64,000 nt of DNA from Acidobacteriota bacterium. Its GTDB lineage: Bacteria; Acidobacteriota; Thermoanaerobaculia; Multivoradales; UBA5704. Below the pieces are notes generated by a model that worked only from the letters and a program-made list of their open reading frames with translations, did not search any database and had not been told where the DNA came from. Position 1 is the stretch's first letter. Each line of letters starts with the position of its first letter. Both the position numbers and the translations under genes were made by a program. This document shows, piece by piece, positions 18,152 to 27,970 of this stretch. The stretch covers positions 39,821 through 103,820 of the forward strand of contig JBDTZG010000015.1 in assembly GCA_040005235.1 (NCBI GenBank). The letters are read 5' to 3'.

Positions 18152-19228
18152 TTATGGGTGAAAGCCAGATTTGTCTACTAGGCCGGGAAGTGTCGCAGAG
18201 TCGGTCGGGAGCGCAGGTAGCAGATAGTACTTGGTGTCTCCAGTGCTGATCTGCTGGATCCACACCTCCGTTTTCGTGACGTTAAATTTAACTACATTGG
18301 TCCATAGGAAGCCATTGCTCTTGGGACCGACAATACGAACAAATACCTCAGCGCGAGTGGGTATGGCGCCCGCGACACAGACTGTTTCGGGCAGGCAGCC
18401 CGGCACGGCGGTACCGACGCGCGTATCGCTGATCCTCACCCAGAACCGGAAGTTCGTGTACTGCGAGGAAAGAAGTGGTGGAACAGAAGGCGGCGGCGGA
18501 TCGGCCTCGACCGCCTCGACCTCGGCCCTGATTGATAGCGATCGATAGAAAGGAACTGAACCGACAACGCCAAGCTTCTGAGCGGGTGGCCGGCTTGGGC
18601 CAACATAGCCCGGTTGGTTACCAGTTCCATCCGTGTACCCGCAGAGCTCTGTCGTTGCGAGGTCGTGATCATAGAGCGTCCCCACGCCCCACGTTGCTCC
18701 GATGTACACCGTGTCTGTGGGAACCACGATCCCACCGGCGAACTGGAAACGAAAGAAAGGGGACACGTCGTCAAAGCAGTATGCGCGCGGGACGGGTAGC
18801 GCCAGAAGGTTGTGCGCACTACCCAATAGGGTTCCTGGACCCCCGCCGGGTCCATCAGCGGCCCACACGTCGATGTCGAGCGGTATCTGGCTGTCGCCCT
18901 CGAAGAGGGTGATGTACTGGGCGAGCCTCAGGCAAACCGCATTGATGCGATTCTTTGAGCCGGGCAGTTTGAATCGCATGGCTGCGGTGTAGGTTGCTGG
19001 CGCAGGCTTCGCCCCGCTGTAGTCGAACCCGAGCGGATCCACCCCATCGTCATACACGATGCCGTCAGCGCAGTCGCCGATCTCTGAAACCCTAGCCGGC
19101 AACGGCTGGCCGGTGGCACCGGGGATCAGGGGGCGGAGTGACTCAAGTGCCTGCGCAGCACTGACCTCCTGCCCGAGGGCCGGAACGGCTACCAGGGCGA
19201 GCAAAAGCAGAAGTGGGCTGTGTTTCAT
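18152..19228 (-). CDS. Secreted hypothetical protein with a Pro linker and distinct C-terminal beta domain
   Basis: Signal peptide MKHSPLLLLLALVAVPALG; RBS GAGGAG; PPPPSVPP linker; GC visibly lower than flanks. Confidence 0.75.
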   Translation of the reverse strand: MKHSPLLLLLALVAVPALGQEVSAAQALESLRPLIPGATGQPLPARVSEIGDCADGIVYDDGVDPLGFDYSGAKPAPATYTAAMRFKLPGSKNRINAVCLRLAQYITLFEGDSQIPLDIDVWAADGPGGGPGTLLGSAHNLLALPVPRAYCFDDVSPFFRFQFAGGIVVPTDTVYIGATWGVGTLYDHDLATTELCGYTDGTGNQPGYVGPSRPPAQKLGVVGSVPFYRSLSIRAEVEAVEADPPPPSVPPLLSSQYTNFRFWVRISDTRVGTAVPGCLPETVCVAGAIPTRAEVFVRIVGPKSNGFLWTNVVKFNVTKTEVWIQQISTGDTKYYLLPALPTDSATLPGLVDKSGFHP

Positions 19229-19380
19229 AATCTTCTCCTCGTGAGTGCGGATTACTTCCAGTCCTGCGGGGGCGAGTGCTAGTCGAGTACCCTGGCGATC
19301 AGCTCGTGCAAACACCGTAGCAAACTCTCTCAGGCAAGCACCGGGATCGTAAGGCGCGGCCTTGCAGTCTTTTCGGGCAC

Positions 19381-19419
19381 TTCCTGGACCGTGCGGATGT
19401 CCCTGCCGTCCTCGAGCAG
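19381..19419 (-). pseudogene. Tyrosine recombinase (integron-integrase-like) box II remnant
   Basis: Minus strand encodes LLEDGRDIRTVQE, matching the IntI/Xer motif [23 protein letters not shown]. Confidence 0.6.
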
Positions 19420-19609
19420 GCGCAAGGCCGAGGCGCACCCGGACGCGATCGCTCTGGCGCCATCGAGGTGGCGAAGTGGGTATTGGCGCCATGATCGAGA
19501 TCTTCAATGCCATCGTTATTTTTCTTGTCTACTAGAACCTGCCGGAGTTCCTGAAGTCAACCGCCCTGTTCTTCGCTTATTACAATCTGGTGAAGATTTT
19601 CCGCGGCCG

Positions 19610-20875
19610 CTACCTGGCGAGAATGCTCGCGTCGAAAACGTCGAAGCGAACGTTCAGGTGATGCGTCCGCAGGGTGCAGCGCGACCACTTGCTCTCAAGC
19701 TCGCGGAGCACTTTCTTCCGCTCGGCTGCGCTCAGGCGACGCCACTTCACCTCGGCCACGAGCAGTCGCTCGGGATCGTCGGGATCAGGTGCGACCAGAT
19801 CGAGCTCGATGTCGCCTTCCCAGTATCGCTGCGCGCCTGGGTAGAGCGCCCGGCACACGTCTTCGAACACTGTCGCGGCGTGTTCGTGAACGAGCGTCCG
19901 CTTTTCCGGTTCCGAATAGGTGCGCCACCGGCTCTGGTGCGGCGAGAAGACCCGAAACCAGAAACGCATCGTCGGGTCCTCTATGCGGTAGAGGATTCTC
20001 TTGGTCGACCGCACGCTTTCGCCGAACGGCAGCTCGCGCGTTAGGATCGAAGCGTCGAGCAGCTGGTGAAGCAGGCGGGAGAGGTTCGTCTGCGCCGTAC
20101 CGAGCCGGCCGGCGATCTCGGAGGGCCGTTCGGCGCCGCGGCCCACGGCTTCGAGCACAGCCGCGGCGTTCAGGCCAACGACACCTTCGTCGCGCAGGAT
20201 GCGCTGCGGTTCCTGTTCCATGTAGGGCGCGTAATCGAAGTAGAGCGACTCCGCGAGCGCCAAGGCATCCTGTCCCGCTTCCACGAATTCCCAGTACTTG
20301 GGGATGCCGCCGACACAGGCGAACTGCTCGAAGGAATCCGGGTCGCCGGGCCGAAGGCCGCAGGCGTCGCAAAACGCGCGGTAGCCCATCGGCTGGATCT
20401 GGAGGAGTTTCCGCGCGCGACCGTAGAGCGGCGCCGCCCGGTGAAGAAAGAGGTCGTGCATCATGCGCGTGCTCGAGCCCGCCACGATCAGCAGGCAGCC
20501 GCGCGGCAGCGAATGGTCCAGCCATTTCTGCAGCTGGCTCGGCAGGGACGCGTCTACCGCCGTCAGATAGGGGAATTCGTCGAGGCAGAGCACCCAGCGG
20601 CGCTTTTGCAGCGTCAGGATTTCGAACAGCTCCGGCCAGCTTCGAGGGACCAGCTGCGTGTCGAGTTGCGGGCGCAAATCGGCGAACACCTGCTGAATCT
20701 GCATGTCGCGCTGTGCCTCGATGGCCTGGCTGTAGAAGCCATCGCGGGCGGCAAGCCAGTGCCGCAACAGCCGCGTCTTGCCTACGCGCCGCCGGCCATA
20801 CACCACCAGCAGGCCACCATGCTTGCCCGCCGCGTCCAGCTCGCGCAGCTCCGCTTCCCGGTTGACGAACTCCAT
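19610..20875 (-). CDS. Archaeal-type AAA ATPase with wHTH and a DUF234/PD-(D/E)xK-like C-terminus
   Basis: MEFVNREAEL, YGRRRVGKT, LDEFPYL, GGIPKY, DIELDLV...AEVKW. Confidence 0.88.
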   Translation of the reverse strand: MEFVNREAELRELDAAGKHGGLLVVYGRRRVGKTRLLRHWLAARDGFYSQAIEAQRDMQIQQVFADLRPQLDTQLVPRSWPELFEILTLQKRRWVLCLDEFPYLTAVDASLPSQLQKWLDHSLPRGCLLIVAGSSTRMMHDLFLHRAAPLYGRARKLLQIQPMGYRAFCDACGLRPGDPDSFEQFACVGGIPKYWEFVEAGQDALALAESLYFDYAPYMEQEPQRILRDEGVVGLNAAAVLEAVGRGAERPSEIAGRLGTAQTNLSRLLHQLLDASILTRELPFGESVRSTKRILYRIEDPTMRFWFRVFSPHQSRWRTYSEPEKRTLVHEHAATVFEDVCRALYPGAQRYWEGDIELDLVAPDPDDPERLLVAEVKWRRLSAAERKKVLRELESKWSRCTLRTHHLNVRFDVFDASILAR

Positions 20876-20906
20876 GTTCACGGCCGGCAGCGTAACCCCA
20901 TACTTG

Positions 20907-20921
20907 ATGCTTGGCAAGCAT
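20907..20921. promoter_or_regulatory. Perfect 7-1-7 palindrome ATGCTTG-G-CAAGCAT upstream of the ATPase
   Basis: Seen directly, about 30 nt upstream of the ATPase start; operator role is inferred. Confidence 0.45.
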
Positions 20922-21036
20922 AATGCCTGCCGAACACAATTGGACGAGGGAGCAGCGCGGGTAGGCCCATGCCGGATACCGGCGCGCCTGCCCAGGCTCT
21001 GCGGTAGAGTTTCGCCCGCCTGAAGGAAGGAGTGCC

Positions 21037-23130
21037 ATGAGCTCGAAAACCGGGCCGAAGACCGGCCCAACTCCAAGTCCAGAACACCCCCAAGAGCGCG
21101 CCGAGGCGCTCTCGGCTCTGATTCGCCGTCATGACCATTTGTATTACGTGCTCGACCGGCCGGAAGTGTCAGACGACCGGTACGACGCCTGGTTTCGCGA
21201 GCTGGTGGCGCTCGAAGCGGCGCACCCGGATCTGCGTACAGCGGACTCCCCCACCCAGCGGGTGGGCGGCGCCGCGGTCGACAGTTTTCCTACGGTCGAG
21301 CACGCGGCGCCGATGTTGTCGCTCGAATCGGACAACGCGGAGGCCGCCTTGCGCCGCTTCGACGAGCGGGTGAGGAAAGGGCTCGGCGCGGGGAAGGAAG
21401 TGCGCTACGTGCTGGAGCCGAAGCTCGACGGGCTGTCGTTGGAACTGGTCTACGAGCAGGGTCTGCTGACGCGCGCCGCCACCCGTGGCGACGGCCGGAG
21501 GGGCGAAGGGGTGACCGAGAACGCCCGGACAATCCCCTCGGTCCCCCTGCGCCTGCTCGGCGAGGAGCGCGCGATCCCGGCGTTCTTGGCGGTTCGCGGC
21601 GAGGCGATCATGAGGAACGCCGAGTTCGACAAGCTCAACGAACGTCTGGTCGCCGCGGGCGAGGAGCCGTTCGCGAACCCGAGAAACGTCGCGGCCGGCG
21701 CGATCCGGCAGCTCGATCCGAAGCAGACCGCCGCCAAGCCGCTCGAGCTGTACGCCTACGACGTCTTGTCGTTCGGCCCGGAGCCGGACTCGGCGCCCGA
21801 AGACATCCGGACGCAAGCGGGCGTGCTCGCGGCGCTACACGCCTGGGGCTTCCGGGTCAACGACCGGATCTCGAAAGGAGCCGACGTCGAAGCGATTCTC
21901 GCCTATCACGCCGAAACCGAGAGCGCGCGCGACGACCTGGGCTACGAGATTGACGGCATCGTGATCAAGCTCGACGATCTAGCGGAGCGCGAGACCCTCG
22001 GATGGACCGCTCGGCATCCGCGCTGGGCGTTCGCCTACAAGTTTCCGCCGAGGAAAGAGATCACCCGGATTCTTTCGATCTTCCCCTCGGTCGGGCGGAC
22101 CGGCGTGGTCACCCCGGTCGCGTTTCTGCTGCCGGTCGAGATCGGCGGAGTCACCGTTGCCCGCGCCACCCTCCACAATCGCGAGGAGGTGGGCCGGAAG
22201 GACGTGCGCGAGGGGGACCGGGTGCGGATTCAGCGCGCCGGAGACGTGATCCCCCAGGTGATCGAGCGGATCGAAGAACCCGACCGGGAACGCAATGCCC
22301 CGTGGCAGATGCCAGCCGCCTGCCCTTCGTGCGGCACCGGGCTGATCGAGCGCGGACCGTTCACGGTCTGCCCGAATAGCCTCGAGTGCCCGGCACAGTT
22401 GGTCGGAAGGATCGTCCATTTCGCGTCGCGCAACGCCCTGGACATCGAGGGGCTGGGCGACGAGAGCGCCAAGCTGTTCGTCAAGGAAGGTCTGGTTCGC
22501 CAGCTGCCCGACCTCTTCCTTCTCCGGCGGGAAAAGATCGCGCCGCTCGAAGGGTTCGCGGAGAAATCGGCGACCAAGCTGGTCGAGGCGCTCGCCCGAG
22601 CGCGGAAAACCGAACTGGCGCGGTTCCTCTACGGCCTGGGCATCCCGGAGGTGGGTACCGCGGTCGCCCGCGATCTCGCCCGGCACTTCCGGACTTTCGA
22701 GCGGATCCGCGCGGCGAGCGCCGAAGAATTACAGACCGTCCCGGGGGTCGGGCCGCGGATGGCCGAACAGATCCTCGCCTTCTTCGCCGAGCCGCAGACC
22801 GCCGCGGTGCTGGATGCCCTGCGCGAGGTGATCGAGCTGGCCGAAGTGACCGCGCCTGCCCCGGCCACGCCAAGCCCCCTCTTGGGCAAGAAGTTCGTCT
22901 TTACCGGGGGGCTTGAGGCGATGTCGCGGGACGAGGCCAAGGTGCGGATCGAGCTTCTCGGCGCCAAGGCGGTCTCTTCAGTGAGCAAGGCGACCGACTA
23001 CGTGGTGGTGGGGAGCGATCCCGGCTCCAAGGCGGACGACGCCACGCGATTGGGGGTGGCAACGCTCGACGAAACCGGTTTTCTTGCTCTGCTCGCTGAA
23101 ACCGAATCGAGGCCGGCGGCAAAGCAGTAG
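21037..23130 (+). CDS. ligA: NAD-dependent DNA ligase
   Basis: EPKLDG adenylation motif, ANPRN, OB domain, Zn finger, HhH and BRCT. Confidence 0.98.
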   Translation: MSSKTGPKTGPTPSPEHPQERAEALSALIRRHDHLYYVLDRPEVSDDRYDAWFRELVALEAAHPDLRTADSPTQRVGGAAVDSFPTVEHAAPMLSLESDNAEAALRRFDERVRKGLGAGKEVRYVLEPKLDGLSLELVYEQGLLTRAATRGDGRRGEGVTENARTIPSVPLRLLGEERAIPAFLAVRGEAIMRNAEFDKLNERLVAAGEEPFANPRNVAAGAIRQLDPKQTAAKPLELYAYDVLSFGPEPDSAPEDIRTQAGVLAALHAWGFRVNDRISKGADVEAILAYHAETESARDDLGYEIDGIVIKLDDLAERETLGWTARHPRWAFAYKFPPRKEITRILSIFPSVGRTGVVTPVAFLLPVEIGGVTVARATLHNREEVGRKDVREGDRVRIQRAGDVIPQVIERIEEPDRERNAPWQMPAACPSCGTGLIERGPFTVCPNSLECPAQLVGRIVHFASRNALDIEGLGDESAKLFVKEGLVRQLPDLFLLRREKIAPLEGFAEKSATKLVEALARARKTELARFLYGLGIPEVGTAVARDLARHFRTFERIRAASAEELQTVPGVGPRMAEQILAFFAEPQTAAVLDALREVIELAEVTAPAPATPSPLLGKKFVFTGGLEAMSRDEAKVRIELLGAKAVSSVSKATDYVVVGSDPGSKADDATRLGVATLDETGFLALLAETESRPAAKQ

Positions 23131-23301
23131 AGTGAGGCCGGGGAAAAAAGAGCCGGGGTGCCGTCCACACCCCGGCCATCGCATCGCAAGTCGAACACCG
23201 GATTGCTCCGATGTCCTCTGCTTCAAACTTACGAATCCTTAACGTCCCGTACCGTACTTAAGGCAAGAACCGTGCCGCTGACGAGAAAGAGAGAAGTTCC
23301 A

Positions 23302-23823
23302 ATGAAAGCCCTGATTCTTCTACTCGTGGTCCTCGTAGCCGGCCTTTTCGCGGCGTTCGCGTTCGCGCGAACCGGCGCGAAAGGAACCGCCAACGCCCCA
23401 ACCAATGAAAAAAAGGGAACGACCGTGATCGAGAAAGTGGAAAAGACCGACGCCGAGTGGCGTAAGTTGCTGACTCCAGAGCAGTATCAGATCCTGCGCA
23501 AGGCCGGTACCGAGCGCGCATTCACCGGTAAAACTTGGAACAACCACGAAAAAGGGACCTACGTCTGCGCCGCCTGCAAGCTTCCCTTGTTTAGCTCGAC
23601 GACCAAGTTCGAGTCCGGAACCGGCTGGCCGAGCTTCTGGGCGGCGATCGATCCTTCGCACGTGATCGAGAAGAGCGACTGGTCCTTCGGCACGCGGCGC
23701 ACGGAGGTGCTCTGCGCCCGCTGCGGCGGCCACCTGGGGCACGTGTTCGACGACGGCCCGCAGCCGACCGGCCAGCGCTACTGCATGAACTCAGGCGCCA
23801 TGGAGTTCGTGCCCGGAAAGTAA
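23302..23823 (+). CDS. msrB: Peptide-methionine (R)-S-oxide reductase with N-terminal signal/anchor
   Basis: [31 protein letters not shown]. Confidence 0.96.
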   Translation: MKALILLLVVLVAGLFAAFAFARTGAKGTANAPTNEKKGTTVIEKVEKTDAEWRKLLTPEQYQILRKAGTERAFTGKTWNNHEKGTYVCAACKLPLFSSTTKFESGTGWPSFWAAIDPSHVIEKSDWSFGTRRTEVLCARCGGHLGHVFDDGPQPTGQRYCMNSGAMEFVPGK

Positions 23824-23951
23824 CTCCAAGTTTTTTCGCCGAACTATCGGGATCAAACGGGTCGGTTTCCGTCTTAGGGGGATGAACCATCCACCCCAAG
23901 GAGGAAACATGCTCATCCCAGGAAGAAGTTTGCCGTACCCCCTTGCGATCA

Positions 23952-23977
23952 CCTTACCATTTCGAGATAATGTAAGG
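23952..23977. promoter_or_regulatory. Inverted repeat CCTTAC-N14-GTAAGG, likely TA autorepression operator
   Basis: Immediately upstream of the antitoxin RBS (AAGGAGG). Confidence 0.55.
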
Positions 23978-23998
23978 CGACCGCAAGGAGGGCGTCCC

Positions 23999-24241
23999 AT
24001 GATCCTGTCGTCCGCAAAACTGACCGAGAAGTACCAGATCACGATCCCGAGCGAGGTTCGCCGCCGCTTGAGCCTCGAAGCCGGTGACGTCGTGCTGCTC
24101 CGCCTGGACGGCGACGAGATCAAACTCGAAAGCGCCAAAGGCGGATGGTGCGCTGCTCTCCGCGGTCTTGGCGCCGAGGTCTGGCAACAAGCCGGAGGAG
24201 CCGCCGCCGCGATCGAGCGCGAGCGCGAGGGGTGGGAGTGA
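23999..24241 (+). CDS. AbrB/MazE/SpoVT-family antitoxin (VapB-like)
   Basis: KLTEKYQITIPSEVRRRLSLEAGD. Confidence 0.88.
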   Translation: MILSSAKLTEKYQITIPSEVRRRLSLEAGDVVLLRLDGDEIKLESAKGGWCAALRGLGAEVWQQAGGAAAAIEREREGWE

Positions 24242-24681
24242 TGGCCACTCCGCGGGCTCTCCCCCTCCTCGGCGTCGATTCGATGGTGTTCGTCTACCAC
24301 CTCGAAGGAAGCCGCGAATTCGGCGCGGCGGCGGGCGCTCTGCTCGAAGCGGCCGAGCTGGGGCGCTGCCGCCTCGCGGCCTCCGCGCTCGCCCTGCTCG
24401 AAATCCTGGTCGTCCCCAAAAGAATGGGTCGAGGCGATCTCTGCCGCCGCTACCGGGATCTCCTGGAGTCCTTTCCCAACCTGGATTTCCACGAGCTCGA
24501 CGGCGACACCGCGGAAAAAGCCGCCGAGCTGCGCGCCCGCTACGACCTGCGCACGCCGGACGCGATCCACCTCGCAACCGCCCTCGCCGCCGGGGCGGAG
24601 AAGTTCGCGAGCGAGGACCGGCGGCTGCGAAAGGTCAAGGAGCTGGCGGTCGTGCCGCTCTCGGCGGCGTTGGAGACCTAG
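24241..24681 (+). CDS. vapC: PIN-domain toxin (VapC family)
   Basis: GVDSMVFVY, LLEIL, LRTPDAIHLATA, SEDRRL; TGA/ATG coupling to the antitoxin. Confidence 0.88.
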   Translation: MATPRALPLLGVDSMVFVYHLEGSREFGAAAGALLEAAELGRCRLAASALALLEILVVPKRMGRGDLCRRYRDLLESFPNLDFHELDGDTAEKAAELRARYDLRTPDAIHLATALAAGAEKFASEDRRLRKVKELAVVPLSAALET

Positions 24682-24812
24682 GTCATCCGCGGTGAGCCCT
24701 CAACGTCGGGGGCTCACCGCAATACTCCCCGTCCCGCTTCGTCCCGCCGCGTTGGGCACCCGTGCGGGCGAGTGTTATCGTCCGGCCGATACGCGAGAAA
24801 TTCGAGGTGCCT

Positions 24813-26354
24813 ATGACGTTCAGACACGCTCTTCGATGGCTTTCCGCGGCGATTCTGCTCGCCGCGATGCCTTGCCCGCCGCTTGCGGCCCAGAGTTTGG
24901 CGTCGTTCGAGGAGCGGGTGACCGTGCATCGGCTCGCCAACGGCTGGACTTTCGTCCTGGTGCGGCGGCCGGTGGCTCCGGTGTTCTCGTTCGTCACCGT
25001 CGCCGACGTCGGCTCGGCGCAGGAGGTACCGGGGATTTACGGCCTTGCGCACATGTTCGAGCACATGGCTTTCAAGGGGACGCCGAACATCGGCACCACC
25101 GACTGGCCGGCCGAGGAGAAAGCCCTCGCTTTGGTCGAGACGGCCTACCAGGCATGGCAGGCCGAGCGTCTTTCGCCCCACCCCGACGCCGCGAAGGTCC
25201 AAACGCTTGAGGCCGAATTCAAGCGGCGAGAGGAAGAGGCCGGCCGCTTCGTGATCAAAGGCGAGTTCGACTCGGCTGTCCAACGCGAAGGGGGCGTGGG
25301 CATGAACGCCAGCACCGGAGCCGATACGACGCGCTATTTCTATTCGCTGCCCGCCAACAAGCTGGAGCTGTTCGCCTATCTCGAATCGGAACGCTTCTTC
25401 CATCCCGTGTTTCGCGAGTTCTACCAGGAGCGCGAAGTGGTGCAGGACGAGCGCCGCTATTCGGTGGACAGCCAGCCGGTCGGCAAGCTGATCGAGCAGC
25501 TGCTCGGTTCCGCGTTCATCACCCACCCTTACGGTCATTCCACGATCGGCGCGATCAGCGATCTGCAAACTTTCACCCGCACCGATGCCGAAGCGTTCTT
25601 TCGCACCTGGTACGCGCCGAGCAACCTGTTGACCGTTCTGGTAGGCGACATCGATCCGGCGACCGCGATTCCGATGATCGAGAAATACTTCGGGCGCATT
25701 CCGGCGAGGCCAACGCCGCCCCCGTTGCGCACCGTCGAACCGGAGCAGATCGCCGAGAAGACGATCGTCTTGAAGGATCGTTCCGAGCCGATCTACATCG
25801 AGGCGTACCACAAGCAGGCGGCCACCAGCCCCGACGAGCCGGCTTGGGACGTTCTCGACCTGGTGCTGGCGAATGGGCGCGCTTCGCGGCTCTACCGGTC
25901 TCTCGTGCGCGACAAGAAGCTCGCCGTGCAGGTCAGCACGTTCAGCGGAATTCCGGGCGCCAAGTACCCGCACCTCTGGGGGGTTTTCGTCGTCCCGGCC
26001 CAGGGAGCCGCGCTCGACAAGGTGCGCGACGCCGTTCGCGCGGAGCTCGATCGACTGAAGTCGGGAGACACGACCGATGCGGAGCTTTCCCGCGCGAAGC
26101 GCCGGGTGCGCGCAACGCTGCTGCGCGATTTGCAGAGCAACGAAGGGCTCGCCCGCCAGCTTGCCGACGCCCAACGCAGCTACGGCGATTGGCGCGAGAC
26201 CTTCCGCTATCTCGACCGGGTCGACGCGGTGACCAAAGCCGACGTCCAGAGGATCGCGACCGCGACGTTCATCGATTCTCACCGGACGGTCGGCGAGGTG
26301 ATCCGCGACGATCAGCCCGCGCCCGGCCCGACCACGGCGACGGAGGGGAACTGA
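24813..26354 (+). CDS. M16-family zinc peptidase, catalytic subunit
   Basis: Signal peptide; HMFEH inverted zincin motif, NAST, EREVVQDERR. Confidence 0.93.
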   Translation: MTFRHALRWLSAAILLAAMPCPPLAAQSLASFEERVTVHRLANGWTFVLVRRPVAPVFSFVTVADVGSAQEVPGIYGLAHMFEHMAFKGTPNIGTTDWPAEEKALALVETAYQAWQAERLSPHPDAAKVQTLEAEFKRREEEAGRFVIKGEFDSAVQREGGVGMNASTGADTTRYFYSLPANKLELFAYLESERFFHPVFREFYQEREVVQDERRYSVDSQPVGKLIEQLLGSAFITHPYGHSTIGAISDLQTFTRTDAEAFFRTWYAPSNLLTVLVGDIDPATAIPMIEKYFGRIPARPTPPPLRTVEPEQIAEKTIVLKDRSEPIYIEAYHKQAATSPDEPAWDVLDLVLANGRASRLYRSLVRDKKLAVQVSTFSGIPGAKYPHLWGVFVVPAQGAALDKVRDAVRAELDRLKSGDTTDAELSRAKRRVRATLLRDLQSNEGLARQLADAQRSYGDWRETFRYLDRVDAVTKADVQRIATATFIDSHRTVGEVIRDDQPAPGPTTATEGN

Positions 26355-26356
26355 CC

Positions 26357-27823
26357 ATGCGCGCCCAAGCCCACCGACTCCTGCTCGCCGCTGGTTTTGC
26401 CGCCTGGAGCTTCACGGGCGTCGGCTCCCTCGCCTCGGCGCAGGTCGATAGAGCCGCCGATCTGCGCTTTCCGCCGTTGCGCGAAACGACGCCACCGACC
26501 CCGCAGCGGGTCGTGCTCGACAACGGTTTGACGATCCTGCTGCTCGAAGACCACGAGCTGCCGCTGGTCGACGCGACCGCGCTGATCCGGACCGGATCGC
26601 TCGATGAGCCCGCCGACAAAGTCGGCTTGGCGGATCTGACCGGCCGCGTCCTGCGCACCGGAGGCACACAACGCCAATCCGGGGACGAGATCGACGATTT
26701 CCTGGAGAACCGCGCGGCGACGATCGAGACCTCGATCTCCGACGACGCCGGCACCGCCCGCCTCTCGTGTCTGCGCGAAGACTTCTTCGACACGTTCCAG
26801 ACCTTCGCCGACATCCTGCGCCGGCCGGCGTTCGACGCGACGAAGATCGAGCTGGCCCGCAATCGGTCGATGTCGGAAGTCGCCCGGCAGAACGACGATC
26901 CGCAGGACATCTTGGACCGCGAATTCCACGAGATCGTATTCGGAAAAGATTCGCCGGAAGCCCGGTCCCCCACGTTCGCGTCGCTCGCGGCGATCCGCCG
27001 CGCCGACCTGGTCGCCTGGCATGCAAAATACTTCCACCCCGAGCGCGTCGTCCTCGGCATTGTCGGCGACATCGACCCCACGGCGACACTCGCGAAAGTG
27101 CGCGAGGTGTTCGGCGATTGGACGCGCGGAGCGGCGATCGAGAAGCCGGCGCCGAAGCCGCCGCACGAGGTGAAGCCGGGGGTCTATACCGTCGACCTGG
27201 ACGAGATCCCGCAATCCAACATCGCGATGGGATATTTGGGAATTCGCCGCGACGACCCCGACATTTTCGCGGTCGAGGTGTTGAACCAGCTGTTCGGCGG
27301 CTCGTTCGCTTCGCGTCTGTTCGCCAACGTGCGGTCGAAGAAGGCGCTCGGCTACGTGGTCTACGGCGGGGTCAACAGCGATTGGGGCCGGCCGGAGATG
27401 ACCGAGCTGGTGCTCACGACGAAAGGTCAGACGACCGGCGCGGGCGTCGCCGCCCTGCTCGACGAAGCGAAGCGGCTGTTCTCGGAGCCCCCTTCCGACA
27501 CGGAAGTGGAAGAAGCGAAAAAAGCTCTCCTCTCCTCGTTCGTGTTCACCCGCGACTCGGTGAGGAAGACGCTGCGCCAGCGCCAGACGCTCGAATATTG
27601 GGGTTACCCCGCCGACTGGTTCGAGCGTTACCGCTCGGGGGTGGAGGCGGTGACGACCGAGCAGGTGCGCAAAGCGTCGCAACGGCTGATCCACCCGGAA
27701 AAGTTCGCGATCGTGGTGGTGGGTCCCGCCGCCCTCCGCGAGCGCCCCCTATCCGATTTCGGTCCGGTGACCCCCTTGGACATCACGATCCCGGGTGCGC
27801 CGAAGGCGGGCAAGCAACCGTAG
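26357..27823 (+). CDS. M16-family peptidase, non-catalytic partner subunit
   Basis: LDNGL..LLEDHELP, SRLF..VRSK..LGY; no HxxEH. Confidence 0.9.
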   Translation: MRAQAHRLLLAAGFAAWSFTGVGSLASAQVDRAADLRFPPLRETTPPTPQRVVLDNGLTILLLEDHELPLVDATALIRTGSLDEPADKVGLADLTGRVLRTGGTQRQSGDEIDDFLENRAATIETSISDDAGTARLSCLREDFFDTFQTFADILRRPAFDATKIELARNRSMSEVARQNDDPQDILDREFHEIVFGKDSPEARSPTFASLAAIRRADLVAWHAKYFHPERVVLGIVGDIDPTATLAKVREVFGDWTRGAAIEKPAPKPPHEVKPGVYTVDLDEIPQSNIAMGYLGIRRDDPDIFAVEVLNQLFGGSFASRLFANVRSKKALGYVVYGGVNSDWGRPEMTELVLTTKGQTTGAGVAALLDEAKRLFSEPPSDTEVEEAKKALLSSFVFTRDSVRKTLRQRQTLEYWGYPADWFERYRSGVEAVTTEQVRKASQRLIHPEKFAIVVVGPAALRERPLSDFGPVTPLDITIPGAPKAGKQP

Positions 27824-27970
27824 AGAGCACATCCGGAAAGAGAAGAATAACGAAGCACCCGGCAAAAAGCTGCGGCACGAATTTTGCTGTTGGCTCACGG
27901 CACGATTCAATCCAGCTTTTCCAACCAAACGAACGGCGTATGATCGCGTTCGAGATCGGATTTCAACCGG

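Larger units (their letters stand above)
16545..20994. mobile_element. Decayed composite island inserted at the ligA 5' end
   Basis: Bounded and punctuated by ligA 5' duplicates; contains a recombinase remnant, an orphan antitoxin, an ATPase and a lower-GC secreted-protein gene. Confidence 0.55.
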
